A stretch of 64,000 nucleotides of DNA from Sphagnum compactum (GCA_965153455.1 OZ234493.1:21008213-21072212); one strand, 5' to 3'. Counted from the stretch's first letter, positions 25,001 through 38,789 are shown. Notes: generated from the sequence alone by a model not told the origin. Made by a program: numbers and translations.

Positions 25001-25959
25001 GCTAAAAATGCCAAATAGTAAAACCAAGCTCAGAGATGACAAACAGACAAGTTCTTGCTTCTTCCGCACTTTTCTCAATTTCCCTCTCTGCTGCCCAGAC
25101 ACAATTATAGTAGCTATCATCTCTGGATCAACTCAACTGCATTCTGGTATGTATACTGTGACAATGGCTGAAAAAACCCACTAAAAGCAAAGCTTCGTCT
25201 TGGTAGCTGCAAAATGCTGATATGATTGTCAGCAGTTGTACAGTTGTACAATGGGTCATGTGTTTTACATCAAGGGCTGTGACAACAAAAGTCCCTCCCC
25301 TAAGCCTCAATTTTCTAAACTTGTAATTGAATATGTTATGGCACCAAGACACTCACACCACCTGCCAAGCATACTAGAGAGTTCATGTTGAGAAAGGCAA
25401 CACTGTTTTTGCCTGCAACAACAGTGTTATCCAGGCTGTAGTTGGCTGTAGCTGAAAGGAATATATCTCATAGGGTCATTGGCAAAGCAATGCTTGGAGT
25501 TTCTCTAGAAATTGTGGAATATCCAACCCATAATAATGTTACTTAAGCTGAAATCTTGATGGTTGTCTGTTTTGGCAAAAGTACCTACAGAATTCTTCCC
25601 AGTTTGAGGTCATGATGAAGCATTGTATCTGGCAGATCTCATGTCCAGCAAATGCATGTATCTCCATCAGCCTTGTGTGCACCATGCATTAAAATGAATC
25701 CTGAAATTTAAAATGCCTGCAGTGCCATTGCAATCCAAATGCTTAGACTGCAGTAAAGTCACCCCTCATGGGTATACTGTAGCTTAGAGTCACAATCCAT
25801 AAGGAGAGGAACATACTACTATAATTGTGAAGGAACAAGGGACAAAGAGACATCAAAGAAGCAAATGGAAAAGTCATGATGTCACAGATGTATGAAGATG
25901 TGTTTTTGTAATCCAGAGAGATTACAAAAGTTCCTGAAGGAAAAGATGTGCTTACTTCT

Positions 25960-28835
25960 TTAGATGTGCAAGGATGTCATCAACGTATGTTCAGAGGACG
26001 AGGAGCTATGCATGTAGGGAGCAGCTGCTGCTGCTGGATCTGAGGCTGCAGCCAGCCCCTGCAACAACTTGATAACCTCCATGATATCATCCAAATAGTA
26101 TTTTGCCTTGCTAGGTTTCTGGCCAACTGTACAAGCAAAAACTTCTGCAATGTGTGAACATGATATGGTAGTGGCTATGCTCTCAAACATGTCTTCATCA
26201 GAGCGGTCATCCCCGATACACAAAACAAAATCAGGAGGAGCACCCTTCACCGCCATCATTGCCAGCAGCTCTTCCACAACCACACCCTTGCTCACACCCT
26301 GTTGACAAGATTGACAGATTTTTAGTTGAGGCAAGCAGCTCAAATACTGCATTGATAAAGCAATCCAAGATGATCCAAGATGCCTGCCACATGACATTGT
26401 TGTTAGGGTTTACCTTTGGTTTCACTTCCACAATGTGGGCTCCACTCTTGACAGTGACTGGCTGGTTGGCCAGCACGCTCTCAAGGTGGTCCAGGAGCTC
26501 TTTCGCTTGCCATGATCCAAAATCTGGGTCTGCATCACGGTGGTGCCAAACCATGGCACTTTCTTTCCATTCAATGTATGAGCCATCAGTGCTTTCTGTG
26601 TACTGTTGCATCACCGGTTCCACCACTTCCTTCCATTCAAAGTTCACCATGGGGGAGTCCCACTCTTCTCTCTGCCATCTCCAAGTTGCCCACTCTGAAT
26701 CTCTGTACCACCTGTGTGCAATGGAGTTTAAGAATTTTATGCTCTGATGCCAATGCTGTGACCAGACTTGGCCACTTCAGAACAAATCTCTTGAGTTTTC
26801 AGAAACCATCTGAACCCTCTTCTCAACTATACACCACAACCCAAAACTTGTTTTTGTCAAAGAATAAATATATAATTCCTCACCTGTAAAAGTAGCCATG
26901 TTCTGCTGCAAGTCCTAGCTTCTCACATGATGAAAAGCATGAATCCAAAATCTGGCGACCTCGGCCACTCACAATGACCACAAAATTTTTGGGATCACTG
27001 CACAGAGTGTTCAAGACAGACAAGACCTCTGGGCTGGGAATAGGGTTGCTGTTGATGGATGTCTGAGGCATGACGGTGCCATCATAATCCAATAGAATGG
27101 CACGACTGCCACTCTTCTTGTATGCTGATACAATGAGATCTGTACGGAGCCTACGAAAATCTGGATCCAAGGCAACAACCCGAAAGCCCAATCCAAAACC
27201 AATTCCATAGCAACGTCGCCGTGCATGACCTTTACAGGTGCGCTCCAGATCACCCATAAAACTGCGTGACCAGTAGGCAACATCATGGGTATTTACATAA
27301 CGAAAGTGCTTCTCATGCCGCATGTGCTGCTCTGGATCAGGGAGTTTAATAGCAGTGTTCATGGCCTCTGCGACTGCTTCTATGTTCCAAGGGTTTACTC
27401 GAATTGCCCCACTGAGAGATGGTGAGCATCCTATGAACTCTGACAGTATCAACATACTCTTCTTCTTTTTTGCAGCCGCCTCAGGAGTTGTTGAGCTGCT
27501 GCTGAAGGAAGCCAGTTGAGGGGGGCCACCACCTTCCCGGCATGCAATGTACTCATAGGGGATGAGGTTCATGCCATCCCGCACTGCGGTTACAACACAA
27601 CACTCTGCAATTGTATAGAATGCGATTCGCTCATACAAAGGCACATGTCTTTCCAAAAGCATGACTGGCTTGTACTCCTCTTGTCCTTGACTTCCAAACT
27701 CCTCATTGATTCTCTGAGCAACGGTGTATGCCTCATTCTGGAGCACATCCAGGTCTTTTCCTCTACCTCTGGGAGGGTTGACAATCTGGACGAACACTAC
27801 CTTGTCCCTCCACCTCGAATGCTGGTGCAGCAATTGCTCAAATGCAAGCAATTTGAGACCGATACCCTTAAAGATATCCATGTCATCGACTCCGAGAAGC
27901 ACAATCTTACCCCTGAACTCAGCTGTGAGCTCCCTGATGCACCTCTCGGTCTCAGGAAGCTGGAGATTGGCATGGAGCTGACCCATGTGGATACCCACAG
28001 GCAGGATCTTGATGCCAACAGTCCTGCCATAGTACTCCAACCCAATGTAGCCCCGCTTTGACTTGTACTCCAAACCCAACATCCGAACACAACAAGAGAG
28101 GAAGTGTCTGGCATAGTCAAAGGTATGGAATCCAATCAAATCAGCATTCAACAAAGCTCGCAGTATCTCATGTCGTACAGGAAGGGTTCTGTAAATCTCA
28201 GAAGATGGAAAGGGACTGTGAAGGAAAAACCCTAGCCTAACCTTGTTGAACCTTTTGCGCAGGAAAGTGGGAAGAAGCATGAGATGGTAGTCATGGATCC
28301 ACACATAGTCTTCATCTGGACTGATGACCTCCATCACCTTGTCTGCAAAGATCTTGTTGACAGAAACATAAGCTTGCCAGTAAGAACGGTTGAAGCGACC
28401 TCCGTTTTCAGGGCTGAGAGGAAGCATGTAATGGAAGAGAGGCCACAACACTTGCTTGCAGAAGCCATGGTAGAATCTGGTTCTGACATCTGCAGGTGGG
28501 AATGCAGGGACACAGTTGAAGCTCTCCAGCAGAGTGGCAGCCACTTCCTCTTGCTCATTGCTCTTCACATCCTCCTTCAAGCAACCTATGTACACAACTT
28601 CCATGTCTTTGGGTAGCCCGGCTTTGAGCTGCAGTAGGAGAGAATCCTCATCCCATGCAAAGCTCCAGCTGCTCTTCTCATCTTCTGCTCCTCCTGCTCT
28701 TGTTGCTTTCAGCGGCAACATATGCACCACTATCAACATTCTGTGATCACAGTCATCGCTGCTCCTCACCACCATCGCTTCTTGTACCTCCCCTTTGCAC
28801 TTCATGCAATCTTCTCTACTCTCTCCCTCTGCCAT
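25960..28835 (-). CDS. TPS: Class II trehalose-6-phosphate synthase/phosphatase (about 862 aa, three exons)
   Basis: Exons 28835-26884, 26711-26414 and 26298-25960 have GT-AG junctions in frame. GT20 motifs WIHDYHL, GFFLHSPFP and RDGMNL, and HAD motifs LLDYDGT, AAEHG, EVKP and IGDDRSDEDMF are present. The three-exon layout is typical of class II. Confidence 0.96.
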
Positions 28836-29169
28836 CCTTCTCTTTCTCTCTCACAAATCGCTTCTTCCTCCTCCTCTGAATCAAAAGCTCCAACACAACC
28901 AATTACAATTCTCTCTGAGTCTGTGTGTCTGTGTGTTGGTTCTTCTGTTGTTGTTGTTGTTGTTGTTATTGAAGGTTTGTCTGTGAACTAGTATAGGGGG
29001 AAGAAGGAAAGCAGAGCATGGGTTTTTGGAGGTTTTGCCATGCAAAGTTGGTTGATTTCTTCTTCTTCTTGGCGTGCAAAGAGATGAAGGAATTCTTGGC
29101 AGACATCTCCGCGCTACTCCAGCTTCTCCTTCTACTTCCTCTTGTGATCTCAAAACTTTACACCGCCAC

Positions 29170-29570
29170 AACTACATAATCACAACAACAACACGAGTGC
29201 CTAATCACCACAACAACAACACCACTTCCTGGTCACAACAACACGACAATCTGATCACATCAACACCAACACCACCACCACCACTCCTAATCCCAACAAC
29301 AACAACACCACTCCGTCTACACTACCACAACAACAATAACACCACTTCCTAATCACAACAACACAACACTCTGATCACATCAACAAGAACAAGAACAACA
29401 CTCCCTAATTACAACAACACAACTAACTAACAACCACCATAACAACACAACAATACAACTATCTAATCACCATAACAAACAACCAACAACGACAACAACA
29501 ACACTCCCTAATCACAACAACAACAACAACTCTAGCTAATCACTAGAACAACAAACAACACCAACAACAT
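29170..29570. repeat. AAC-rich degenerate tandem repeat upstream of TPS
   Basis: Recurring ctaatcac(aac)n and ctgatcacatcaac motifs. Confidence 0.75.
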
Positions 29571-31120
29571 GATGATCTCGTAAGTTGTGACACAACTTTT
29601 CCCATGAACTGAAACATAAGCAAATACAAGATCTGCAACTTTTTTGCAAATTTTTTATTGTTTTTTTTTTTTTTCCACCACCCCCCTCAAACTGTTTATA
29701 GAAATCCCACACCCATGAATTTACTAACTACTACTATCGCAAGAATGCAACAACTACCACCAACAACAACAATAACACCATTTGCATAATTCTTTTGCCT
29801 CTTACTTTTGATGCTATTTTTATTTGGACTACTACTCCCCCATCACCATATAACCCAAAGATGTGCATGCAAATTGTTTTTTCAGTTTTTTCTTTTATTT
29901 ACAACAAAGGGATTTGGATTGTTGAGTCTCACCCCCAAGTGACCACCCCTAAAAACCAACCACCCCTTGACAAGGTACTTAATTTATCATGAGAGTAAAG
30001 TGAGGTTGATTCTAGTGGATTTAGGACTGAATTATTTGGTGGGAATCTGGACACATTTAGACATTTTGGGGAGGGTGTGTGTCACAGAGAGCAAAGGGTA
30101 GAGCCCAGAGAGAGAGAGAGAGAGGGGTAATTGTGCTTTTGTTTTTGGGTTTGGGGCCAGTTTTAGTCAGTAGGGAATATAATATAAATCTGTCACATGC
30201 CCAAAATCATTAGTCACAGCCAGAAACAGCACCCCACCAGATGAGGAAGGAGGAGGGAGGAGAAGGAAGTGGAGGAGGAAGAGGAGGAGGATTCCATAAT
30301 TATCCATTCATGAGGATTCAATTCATTCATGGATGTTTTCACAGTGTCTAAGAGATCAAAATGTGTTTTGGATTCTTGTTGATGCAATTTGTGTATTCAA
30401 CAACATCATTGTTTGATGGTTCCAAATGACCCAAATAAAGTGTACAGCCACATTGAAGATGAGCTCAATGAAGAAATATTTGTTGGGATTTTTTCTTTTT
30501 CGCAACCAATTTTAGAGCAACCTTGGTTGTATCCAGCTACAACATATAGGATGAAACTTTGGAGCAAAGATCTGAGAATGATCAAGAGGCTTTACACATG
30601 TAAACACCGCAACAAGAGATGTGTAGGACATGTTTAGGACATGTTTTTTTTTTGCATACAACAATGTAATTCTTGGCCCACACGACACACGTTTGTGAGG
30701 TAAACTTTGTGGTTTCATCCAATTCAATATAAAAACTTAAAAACCTATTTATGTGCAGTGTTTGATCTCAATGTAAGTAAGATGTGTCACACATTTGTCA
30801 CACTTTAGTTTGACATCATGAGCTCAAGTAATGTTGTTGGATTGTGAGTAGGGGTGGGCTTTATGGGAAAAAGGACCTCATGAGCTAGAGTCGAGCATGG
30901 ACCCAATTCTGGTGAAGTCCACCCCCGAGGGCTTAACATGGGGTCAAAATTGTTGTGGGTTTTTTAATAAGCAATCTCATGATACTCCTCCGTATGTACC
31001 CTCCAAATATCCATTGGATAATATTAAGGGGAAAAGGTAAAAAATATCAGGGGTAGTTTGAAGAATGTAATGTCATAATGCATGTCGGTGTGTATTGCAA
31101 TGTGTAAATCCACCTACAAC

Positions 31121-31327
31121 TAACTTAGTACCTTGGGCCAGTTCGACATTAATTATATTATTATTTTCAAAACTGTTGAAATTTTCAAAAATTATTTCTT
31201 CCAAATAAAAAAAGACCGTGAAAGAAAATAGTAAATATTTAAAAGTATTCCATTTTTTGAAATGAATGTTTCAAAATTAATTAATTATTCAACAAACATG
31301 TGTTGAAATGGCCAACGTACTATGGTA
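31121..31327. mobile_element. MITE family B, copy 1
   Basis: TIRs taacttagtaccttgg ... ccaacgtactatggta. The interior matches 38497-38706 in reverse orientation. Confidence 0.8.
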
Positions 31328-32716
31328 TATTGAAATAAATATGCATGTTTTTAACGAAAGCATGACCCAAAGATTCACCATCCATTGGACACCACTTGTG
31401 AATCAAATGTGATTCAGTTGTGAATGAACCACAACTAAGTTACTACCTCTAAGGAACTGAAAGAAGAAGCTTCACAAAATATCATTCCTCTATACATAAC
31501 CTTTTCTTTTCTATTATCTATTTCCCTCTTTCTTTTCCTCATGTCTACCATTTGCCTCATTTAGCTTCATTTTTCTTGTCCTTTAAAAAAAAAAAAAAAC
31601 CAACTATAGTTTCATAATTATTGTTTTGAGAGGAAAAAAAAAAAACAATATTGCATATTTTATTGCATGTTGTGTTTATTTATTTGTTTATATTATTTTA
31701 TACAATGTGTAAAATATATATATAAGTGTGAGTGTAATTTTTAATAAAAAACACATATATTTATTTCTTTTTATACACTTACACTTACCCAACATGTATA
31801 TCACAAGCCATATACTTGCATAACATTTGTATGCAACCAATGATTAACTAACGACCTTGGTTAGATATGGAACATGAAGACATCGAAAAAAAAAAAGTTT
31901 CGTATTAAGATCGATAAAAGGATAATCACATGAATTTGATGAAACGTTGCTTCTTCTCGTAGTCTTCATAGATGAAACCAAAGGAAGTCCCATCAATCAA
32001 CAATTTTCCATCAATCAAAGTGTTTGATCGCATGATGATAAAAACCAAACCTCACACCTGCTTCTCATGCGGAGGAGGAGGGTTTTCTTTTCTCCAGAAA
32101 AAGGCATACAACCCCACTTGAGTTGCCTTAACAGGAAAGCCACCCTCTTGTCAGTAAACAACCCGATTTTCGGAGGTGTGTCTGTAGTAGAGCCAACAAA
32201 GATGATAAAATTATTTGTGTGTACTCGGACAGAAAAGCCGGAAACGCTCTCTCTATTGCAAACGGGTAATTTGCAATGTCGAATATGCTTGGAGATTGAT
32301 TCGAGAGGTAGCACCTTTTAGAAACTACTTGTGCACGTACCCGATCCAATCAAGAAGAACTGATGGTGTAATTTTTTATTCGAAAAACAACACTTTATGG
32401 CTTTTTTATGTGCAATTGGCATACTTTCTCGTCCGTCTTGCTGTCTTTGCACTTACTTATTCTCGAGCGAGCAACATGCACGTGCAAAATACATCCATTC
32501 CGTGAGCCGCCACGAGATAGATGATGACGGCTCACTCCGCAAACAAATATCCGTTGCCTGGTAATTCCGGAAAGTATAACCAGGGCTGCCTGCCTCCCAT
32601 AATAGTGGACCATGGCTGAGTAAGAGTTAGTTTCCTTTGATAGCCAATTGCAGGTAAAATGAGCTTTGATAGACTTTTTTTGTCTGGAACCCTAATAAAC
32701 CCTAACCCTGGGCCAC

Positions 32717-32900
32717 TACCTTACCCTAAGGTCAGTTTCATGGTCATTAAATAAATAGCGAAATTAGATGCTTAAATAGTCATTAAATAGCAAAATCATA
32801 ATTTCAAAAAACTTAAACAAATATTTTTTATCAAACAAATAATTTTTTTAATTAAAAAAATTTGTTTTGTCAATGCGGAAACTGACCCTAGGTTACAGTA
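32717..32900. mobile_element. MITE family A, copy 2 (shorter)
   Basis: taccttaccctaaggtcagtttc ... tttgtcaatgcggaaactgaccctaggttacagta, matching both ends of 13266-13533. Confidence 0.75.
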
Positions 32901-34429
32901 CTTAGATGCACACCCCCAACAAATAGGTATTTCAATGGCCACCACTTGAATAACCAAGTTACCAACCCATCGTCACAACTGGTGGTGACTCACAATTTAG
33001 CCGTAGACTCTATTCGACCCTTGATATTCATAGATACACATACTTATCACATCCAAAATCTAGTGTTAATTATTCCCCCATGTTCACCCATAACCTCAAA
33101 ATTGAGATAGTAGTCATTTAGAAGTAGTCATTACCTGTCATTGAACTCGGGATTAGAGCATCTCCACCCATAGCTAGCAATTTGGGCCTCCAAATAATAA
33201 ACCTCACATCCAAGATACATGGATATTTAGCAATCCTCACTCATAAACATGAAATTGGCGCTGTAAAAAAGTAGTGTACCCATCGAACAAACCATCAGGA
33301 CCAATCAAATCAATTTGACGTATCAACAATCTAACCAATAATAGCAAGAGTTGGACATCACAATGCCTTTTGTTTGCTTACCTTTTTCTTGGCCCATTTA
33401 AAACCATTTCCTTACTGCAAATCAACATAATAAATGTTCTCCCTCACCCAAAATTGCAATACAATGTGAGAGCAGTGGGTCAGCACAGACCCACTATTTA
33501 CGTACATGTGAACTCCAAATATTTTGATGGCCACCACTGGAATACCGCAGAACCTTGGCGGCTTCAGCACAAATTAAAATTTTTTTGAATTTTTTTGAAT
33601 TTTCCAAAAAAATAAATATTAAGCTTATTATGTCGAATAATTCAAAAAATATACTCAGATTCAAACCCTAGTTATTTCCAGTATAGTACAAGTTCATGAA
33701 CAGTCCAACCAAGAAGACAATTGAAAATTAAAGGATGCAAGGTACATATTCCCTCAATAGTTAGTCAGTCAGTCAGTTAGTTAGAGACTAGAGACTCTGT
33801 ATGACTCATGATATAGTCCGAAGACTTGTAAACAGTATCATTAAGCTAGCTCCCTATCCACTAGAGCCAGCATTTTTTTAATTAAAAATTAAATTTTTTT
33901 TAATTTAAATTATTTATTTATTTAGTTCCCCTCTTTTTTTAGTTGGTTCTGTAGAGTTTTTTTTTTTTTTTTTTTGGTGTGGTTTCATGGGGGAATGATT
34001 CCCATAGAATAAAATGTGGGAATCATATGAGAGACACAATGTAACGTATGTGGCACATTATCATCTTCTTCCTTTGAACTCTCACCACCAGCTCAAAATG
34101 GGAGACAGAAAGTGGGATTATGCTTTTCCTGCTTTATTATTATTATTATCATTATATATAATAAGGCTCTTTTGTTGCTTTACTAGTGGTGCAAGCAAGC
34201 TCTTCTTCCCCTTGACTCTGACTGACTGACCAGCTAGTGCACCTCACCAATTATTGTGTTGGTCTAAAAATAGGGACTTGTTTCCTTTTTTTTTTTTTAA
34301 TTTATTAATTTATTTTTTAATCTAGAGAAGCACTAACTGACCCAACCGACAAGCCAAGGAAATGTTTTTTTTTAAATTATTTTTTAAGTTTTTTTCGGTA
34401 GCCTAAATGGCTATCATCCATAGGAAATA

Positions 34430-34990
34430 GGTTTTTTTCATCAATTTTGTGAAGTAGGTGGACTGGCGATCATCCACAAGAGTAATGAGGCAAATTTGGC
34501 TACAAGTTTTAGACAGAAAAGTAGAATTTCTTTTGGGATCCTGGTTTTTTTTGGGGGGGAGGGGGGGGGGGGCACAGGAATGTATGTTCTAAATATGGTG
34601 ATTTTTTTTTCTCTCTCTCAAAATATGGCGACTTTGGTGCATTTTTTCCAAAAAAATCTTTGTACTCTTCGCAATGGATTTTTCTTGGTTGCCACAATGC
34701 TGCGCCAAAAAAAAAAAATACTAATATTATTAGGAAGATGTAAAAATAAAATGGCCATCATCCCTAGGAAGATTTAGCCCAAACTTAGCTAAAAAAACCA
34801 AATATGAAGTACAAATCTTTAATCAACCTTTTTATATTTTATGGCTATACACTGAAAACCAAAAATAGAAATTTGGCGATTTTTTTAATTACTTATGGCA
34901 ATTGAAACCTTCCAAAATCACCTTCATTTTTTTAATATTTTGATTTGGAATTTCGCTTTGGAAAATTCTCGCCAGTAAAGAAAAAGGCTG
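34430..34990 (-). repeat. Adjacent dispersed repeats: a relative of the 2600-2860 repeat plus an inverted family C copy
   Basis: aattttgtgaagtaggtgg...gatcatccacaagag is the reverse complement of 2805-2850, and 34740-34990 is the reverse complement of the family C core. Confidence 0.65.
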
Positions 34991-35854
34991 AATAGAGGGG
35001 GGGTGCCTTTGCTTGGCTATTTGCTTTCATGGCCCCACTTCGAATTTTGATGATGAGAGATTGATCATATTAGAGTAGCTACTACAATTCCAAAAGGAAA
35101 CAAATGAGGGACAGGGCTCATAATGCAGTAGAGCCAAGGATCCAAATGCTACTATTACTATTTTTGCATATTCTAGTAGAGTCTATAAGCCAAAAGATTG
35201 ACAAAAATCATAAGATTGTTTTTTGAAGTATACATAGTATATTATATTACATTATATTATGTATAAGTTTATTATTAAATTATATATAATATAATATGTA
35301 TTAGATTTTTTTTAGTCTCAACTCCCCAAAATGAGAATCTCTTCAAACTATTGACTAATAGAATGCACATGATATAATTTTAACTCATTCCTTCAATTAT
35401 CCTCATCAGCAAGGGCCAGTTCCACATAAAAATAGTGCATGTCCAATGCACCTAGATGCTGGCATGAGGCCATAGCCATGATAGTCAACAAAAGGCAAAA
35501 ACTTTTTAATGTTAACTGCATCCTTTTTCCTCCCAAAAATTTTTTTTTTTTTTTTTTAAATGTTGGAAGTACCCACAATTTATTTATTTATTTAATTGAT
35601 TAAAAGCTAACTGCATCTGTTTTTCCTCCCAACAAACACTTTTTTCTTATCTTTGTAAAACACACACTTGAGTCGCAATGGGATCTTTTTGCATGGTCCC
35701 ACATCCTTCGGTTCTCTCTTTACTTCTTTCCTTTCACTCCGGGAACAAAGGATTTTTTTTTTTAAAGGACAAGAACGGCCTCAGAGCCCCCAGAACCCTG
35801 GACTCAAGAAATGCACACACCATGTGACAATGCTGGACCCAGGGGTGCACTTGA

Positions 35855-36409
35855 GATGTGTAACTGTGATCACAACAACCTAATGGAAAGAGACCCTCGG
35901 TCAGGATCACTACAGCTTATTAGAGGCGGCCACTCAGCAACACTCTTCTCGCAAAATGCAAATAAAGATGTGTAACTGTGATCACAACAACCTAATGGAA
36001 AGAGACCCTTGGTCAGGATCAGTACAGCTTATTGGAGGCGGCCATTTAGCAACACTCTTCTGGCAAAATGCAAATAGATGTGTAACTGTGATCACAACCA
36101 CCTAATGGAAAGAGACCCTCGGTCAGGATCAGTACAGCTTATTGGAGGCGGCCATTTAGCAACACTCTTCTGGCAAAATGCAAATAAAGATGTGTAACTG
36201 TGATCAGAACAACCTAATGGAAAGAGACCCTCCCTCTGGATCAGTACAGCTTATTAGAGGCGGCCATTTAGCAACACTCTTCTGGCAAAATGATAAAGAT
36301 GTGTAACTGTGATCACAACAACCTAATGGAAAGAGACCCTCCCTCTGGATCAGTACAGCTTATTGGAGGCGGCCATTTAGCAACGCTCTTCTGGCAAAAT
36401 GCAAATAAA
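35855..36409. repeat. Tandem array, five copies of 109-112 bp, high identity
   Basis: Units beginning gatgtgtaactgtgatca start at 35855, 35967, 36077, 36189 and 36298. Confidence 0.97.
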
Positions 36410-38496
36410 TGCAAGTTACGAAGGAGCTTCAAAGGTGTGAAAGAAACCAACAATAAAGATTAGAAGTGATGATATTATATGGATCCACCACCAGAAATTT
36501 CCTAGTGTATTTGGTAAACATGTTGTCACACATAATGTTTAGACAAGCAGCAGAGCAGGCGTTATGATTTTGGAATGCGCTTTACAATTGTGGTGTTTAC
36601 ACCTTGTAAAATCTGCTTATTGCTAAAGGAAAATCCTGGTGGATCTTTAAAGCCCTCGTGCAAGCCCTTATTTTGGCAATGCCCTGGAGCAAGGGCTTTA
36701 TTCTCTCCACTTATTATCTAATCAATTTTGGGTCTCTCTTACATGAAGATCAATTGTGTTCCATGGACAAAATTAGAGGTTTCTAATATATCGTCAGTGC
36801 TTGTCACATGCGACTTGTCCAATGCAACTATTAAAATTTTAATCGTAAATATCAAATTAGTTGCAAAGAACCAAAATGCAAACCCAAAATTACACACAAT
36901 TAATGTTTCTTATACACTATGAAACATTGTACAAAATTGGAACACAAAGTGCAATTGTACTCAAATTCTTCATCTCTATCCATATGGATCCAAGTTGCAT
37001 GCTCCAATGAGTCCTAACTCTAGTGGGTGCTTACTACCTGCCAAGACTACATAATTGCAATCATCCACATTTTTGTCCCACCTTTTAATCTATTCTGCAA
37101 TATTAAGTTCCAGTTGGAATGCAAGCTGTCCTGAACTACTTGTTTTGGAAATACGAGAACTACTTTGTGATCATTGCAATTTGTTTTTTTTTCTTAAGCC
37201 TTTTATGTTAAGGCAACCAACCGTGCACAAGAAAGGGGGAGGCCCAATATTTTCCCACCTGGGGTTTGTCTTTTTATAAAGAAAATTTGTCTTGTGATCA
37301 AATACAAAATCATGCATGCATTGCTCCCAACAATATATTTCTTTGTTGTAATGTGGCTTGTATATCGCGTGTGTACAAACAACTTTATTCCAATGGGTGC
37401 AAACTCTTATGGATGAAAATTCGTATGTGTGTGTGATGAATTTCTCATTCATGAATAACGGAACAAATATGATAGAGGAATGAATTTCATTAGTTTAGGG
37501 TTTAGGGTATCTTTTGTCCAGCCTTTGATCATCAACAAAATCCTTAAATCATCCTATTCTCTTCATTTTACTCAAATAGTGTTTCACACAAAGCACCCAT
37601 CAAAATAATAATAATAATAATAAAACGTAATGCACACCAATAACCAAACACTCACACCCAATAGAAGAAAAAATGGAATCATTGCATCAAGTGCAAGGGC
37701 TTGTCTCCATATGCTTCGTGTCATTTGGTTGTGACTCATGTCTGAAATGCTTTGCATGGAAGGCTTCCTTTGCAAACTACCAGTTAAGAAGACATCAGAA
37801 AAATCATGACAAAATGAGGAACAAAAATTACACCACACAATTATGATGTATTCTTTTAATACTATGATACAATTATTATTCTTCCCACGAGCCCAATTGT
37901 TCTGCACTATTTACTAGGGAGGCCTTTTTGTCAAGCTGGGTTTTGCTTCATATCTTCTGTAGATCTTATTTTCCCTTTCTGATGTGAACCTTTTGCAGCT
38001 TTAGTCTTGTTATTTCCAGACTCAATTCAGACTTTAGGATGGAAAAATACAAATAAAAAAAGTTAACATTGCAATCTACACACACATGAAAAATTAAAGT
38101 TAAATTGACAAATTGAATGGTATATGTAAACTGAGAAACTGCCCACAAAGAATAAATTCTCACTCTAATTGAGGGAATATATAACCTTTGGCACCAATTC
38201 AACAAATTCATAAGGTCTCCAACAATTGCCATGACCTGATTGTATTAGAGAGCGTTCAACAAAACCGATCAGAACTCATACCATAATTTGGGAACTGGGA
38301 AGTATCATAACATGGTGCAAAGATTTTATTTTGCTCTCTTGGGACTTCATTAGAGAAAGTCTAATTTTTTTTCTTTAGGATATATCAATGTTCTAGATAA
38401 TCTAGAATTGGGATGCATCACATATGTCCCACTTAGAATTTTGGGAAGAATCATTAGGGTACCCATTTTCATCCAACTACGGGATTTGGACCCAAC

Positions 38497-38706
38497 TACC
38501 ATAGTACCTTGGCCGTTTCAACACATGTCCGTAGAATAATTAATTAATTTTTTGAAAAAAAAACATTTCAACAAATGGAATATTCCTAAATATTCACTAC
38601 TATCTTTCACAATAATTTTTGATTTGGAAGAAATCATTTTTGAAAATTTTCAACGTTTCTGAAAACAAATATAATTAGTGTCGAATTGGCACAAGGTACT
38701 AGGGTA
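38497..38706. mobile_element. MITE family B, copy 2
   Basis: TIRs taccatagtaccttg ... caaggtactagggta. Confidence 0.8.
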
Positions 38707-38789
38707 TTATTATTGGCTTTAGCTTGAACATTAGTTGATTGATGAAAATCTCATAAATTTACTTGATGTTGGCTTAATGGTTTTGGTGA

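Noticed and set aside
27011-28746. Many antisense and alternate-frame ORFs inside TPS
   Set aside because: They are shadows of the long TPS coding exon.
35855-36409. CRISPR array or tandem RNA genes
   Set aside because: Whole units are near-identical with no spacers, and no tRNA, 5S or snRNA motifs were recognised.
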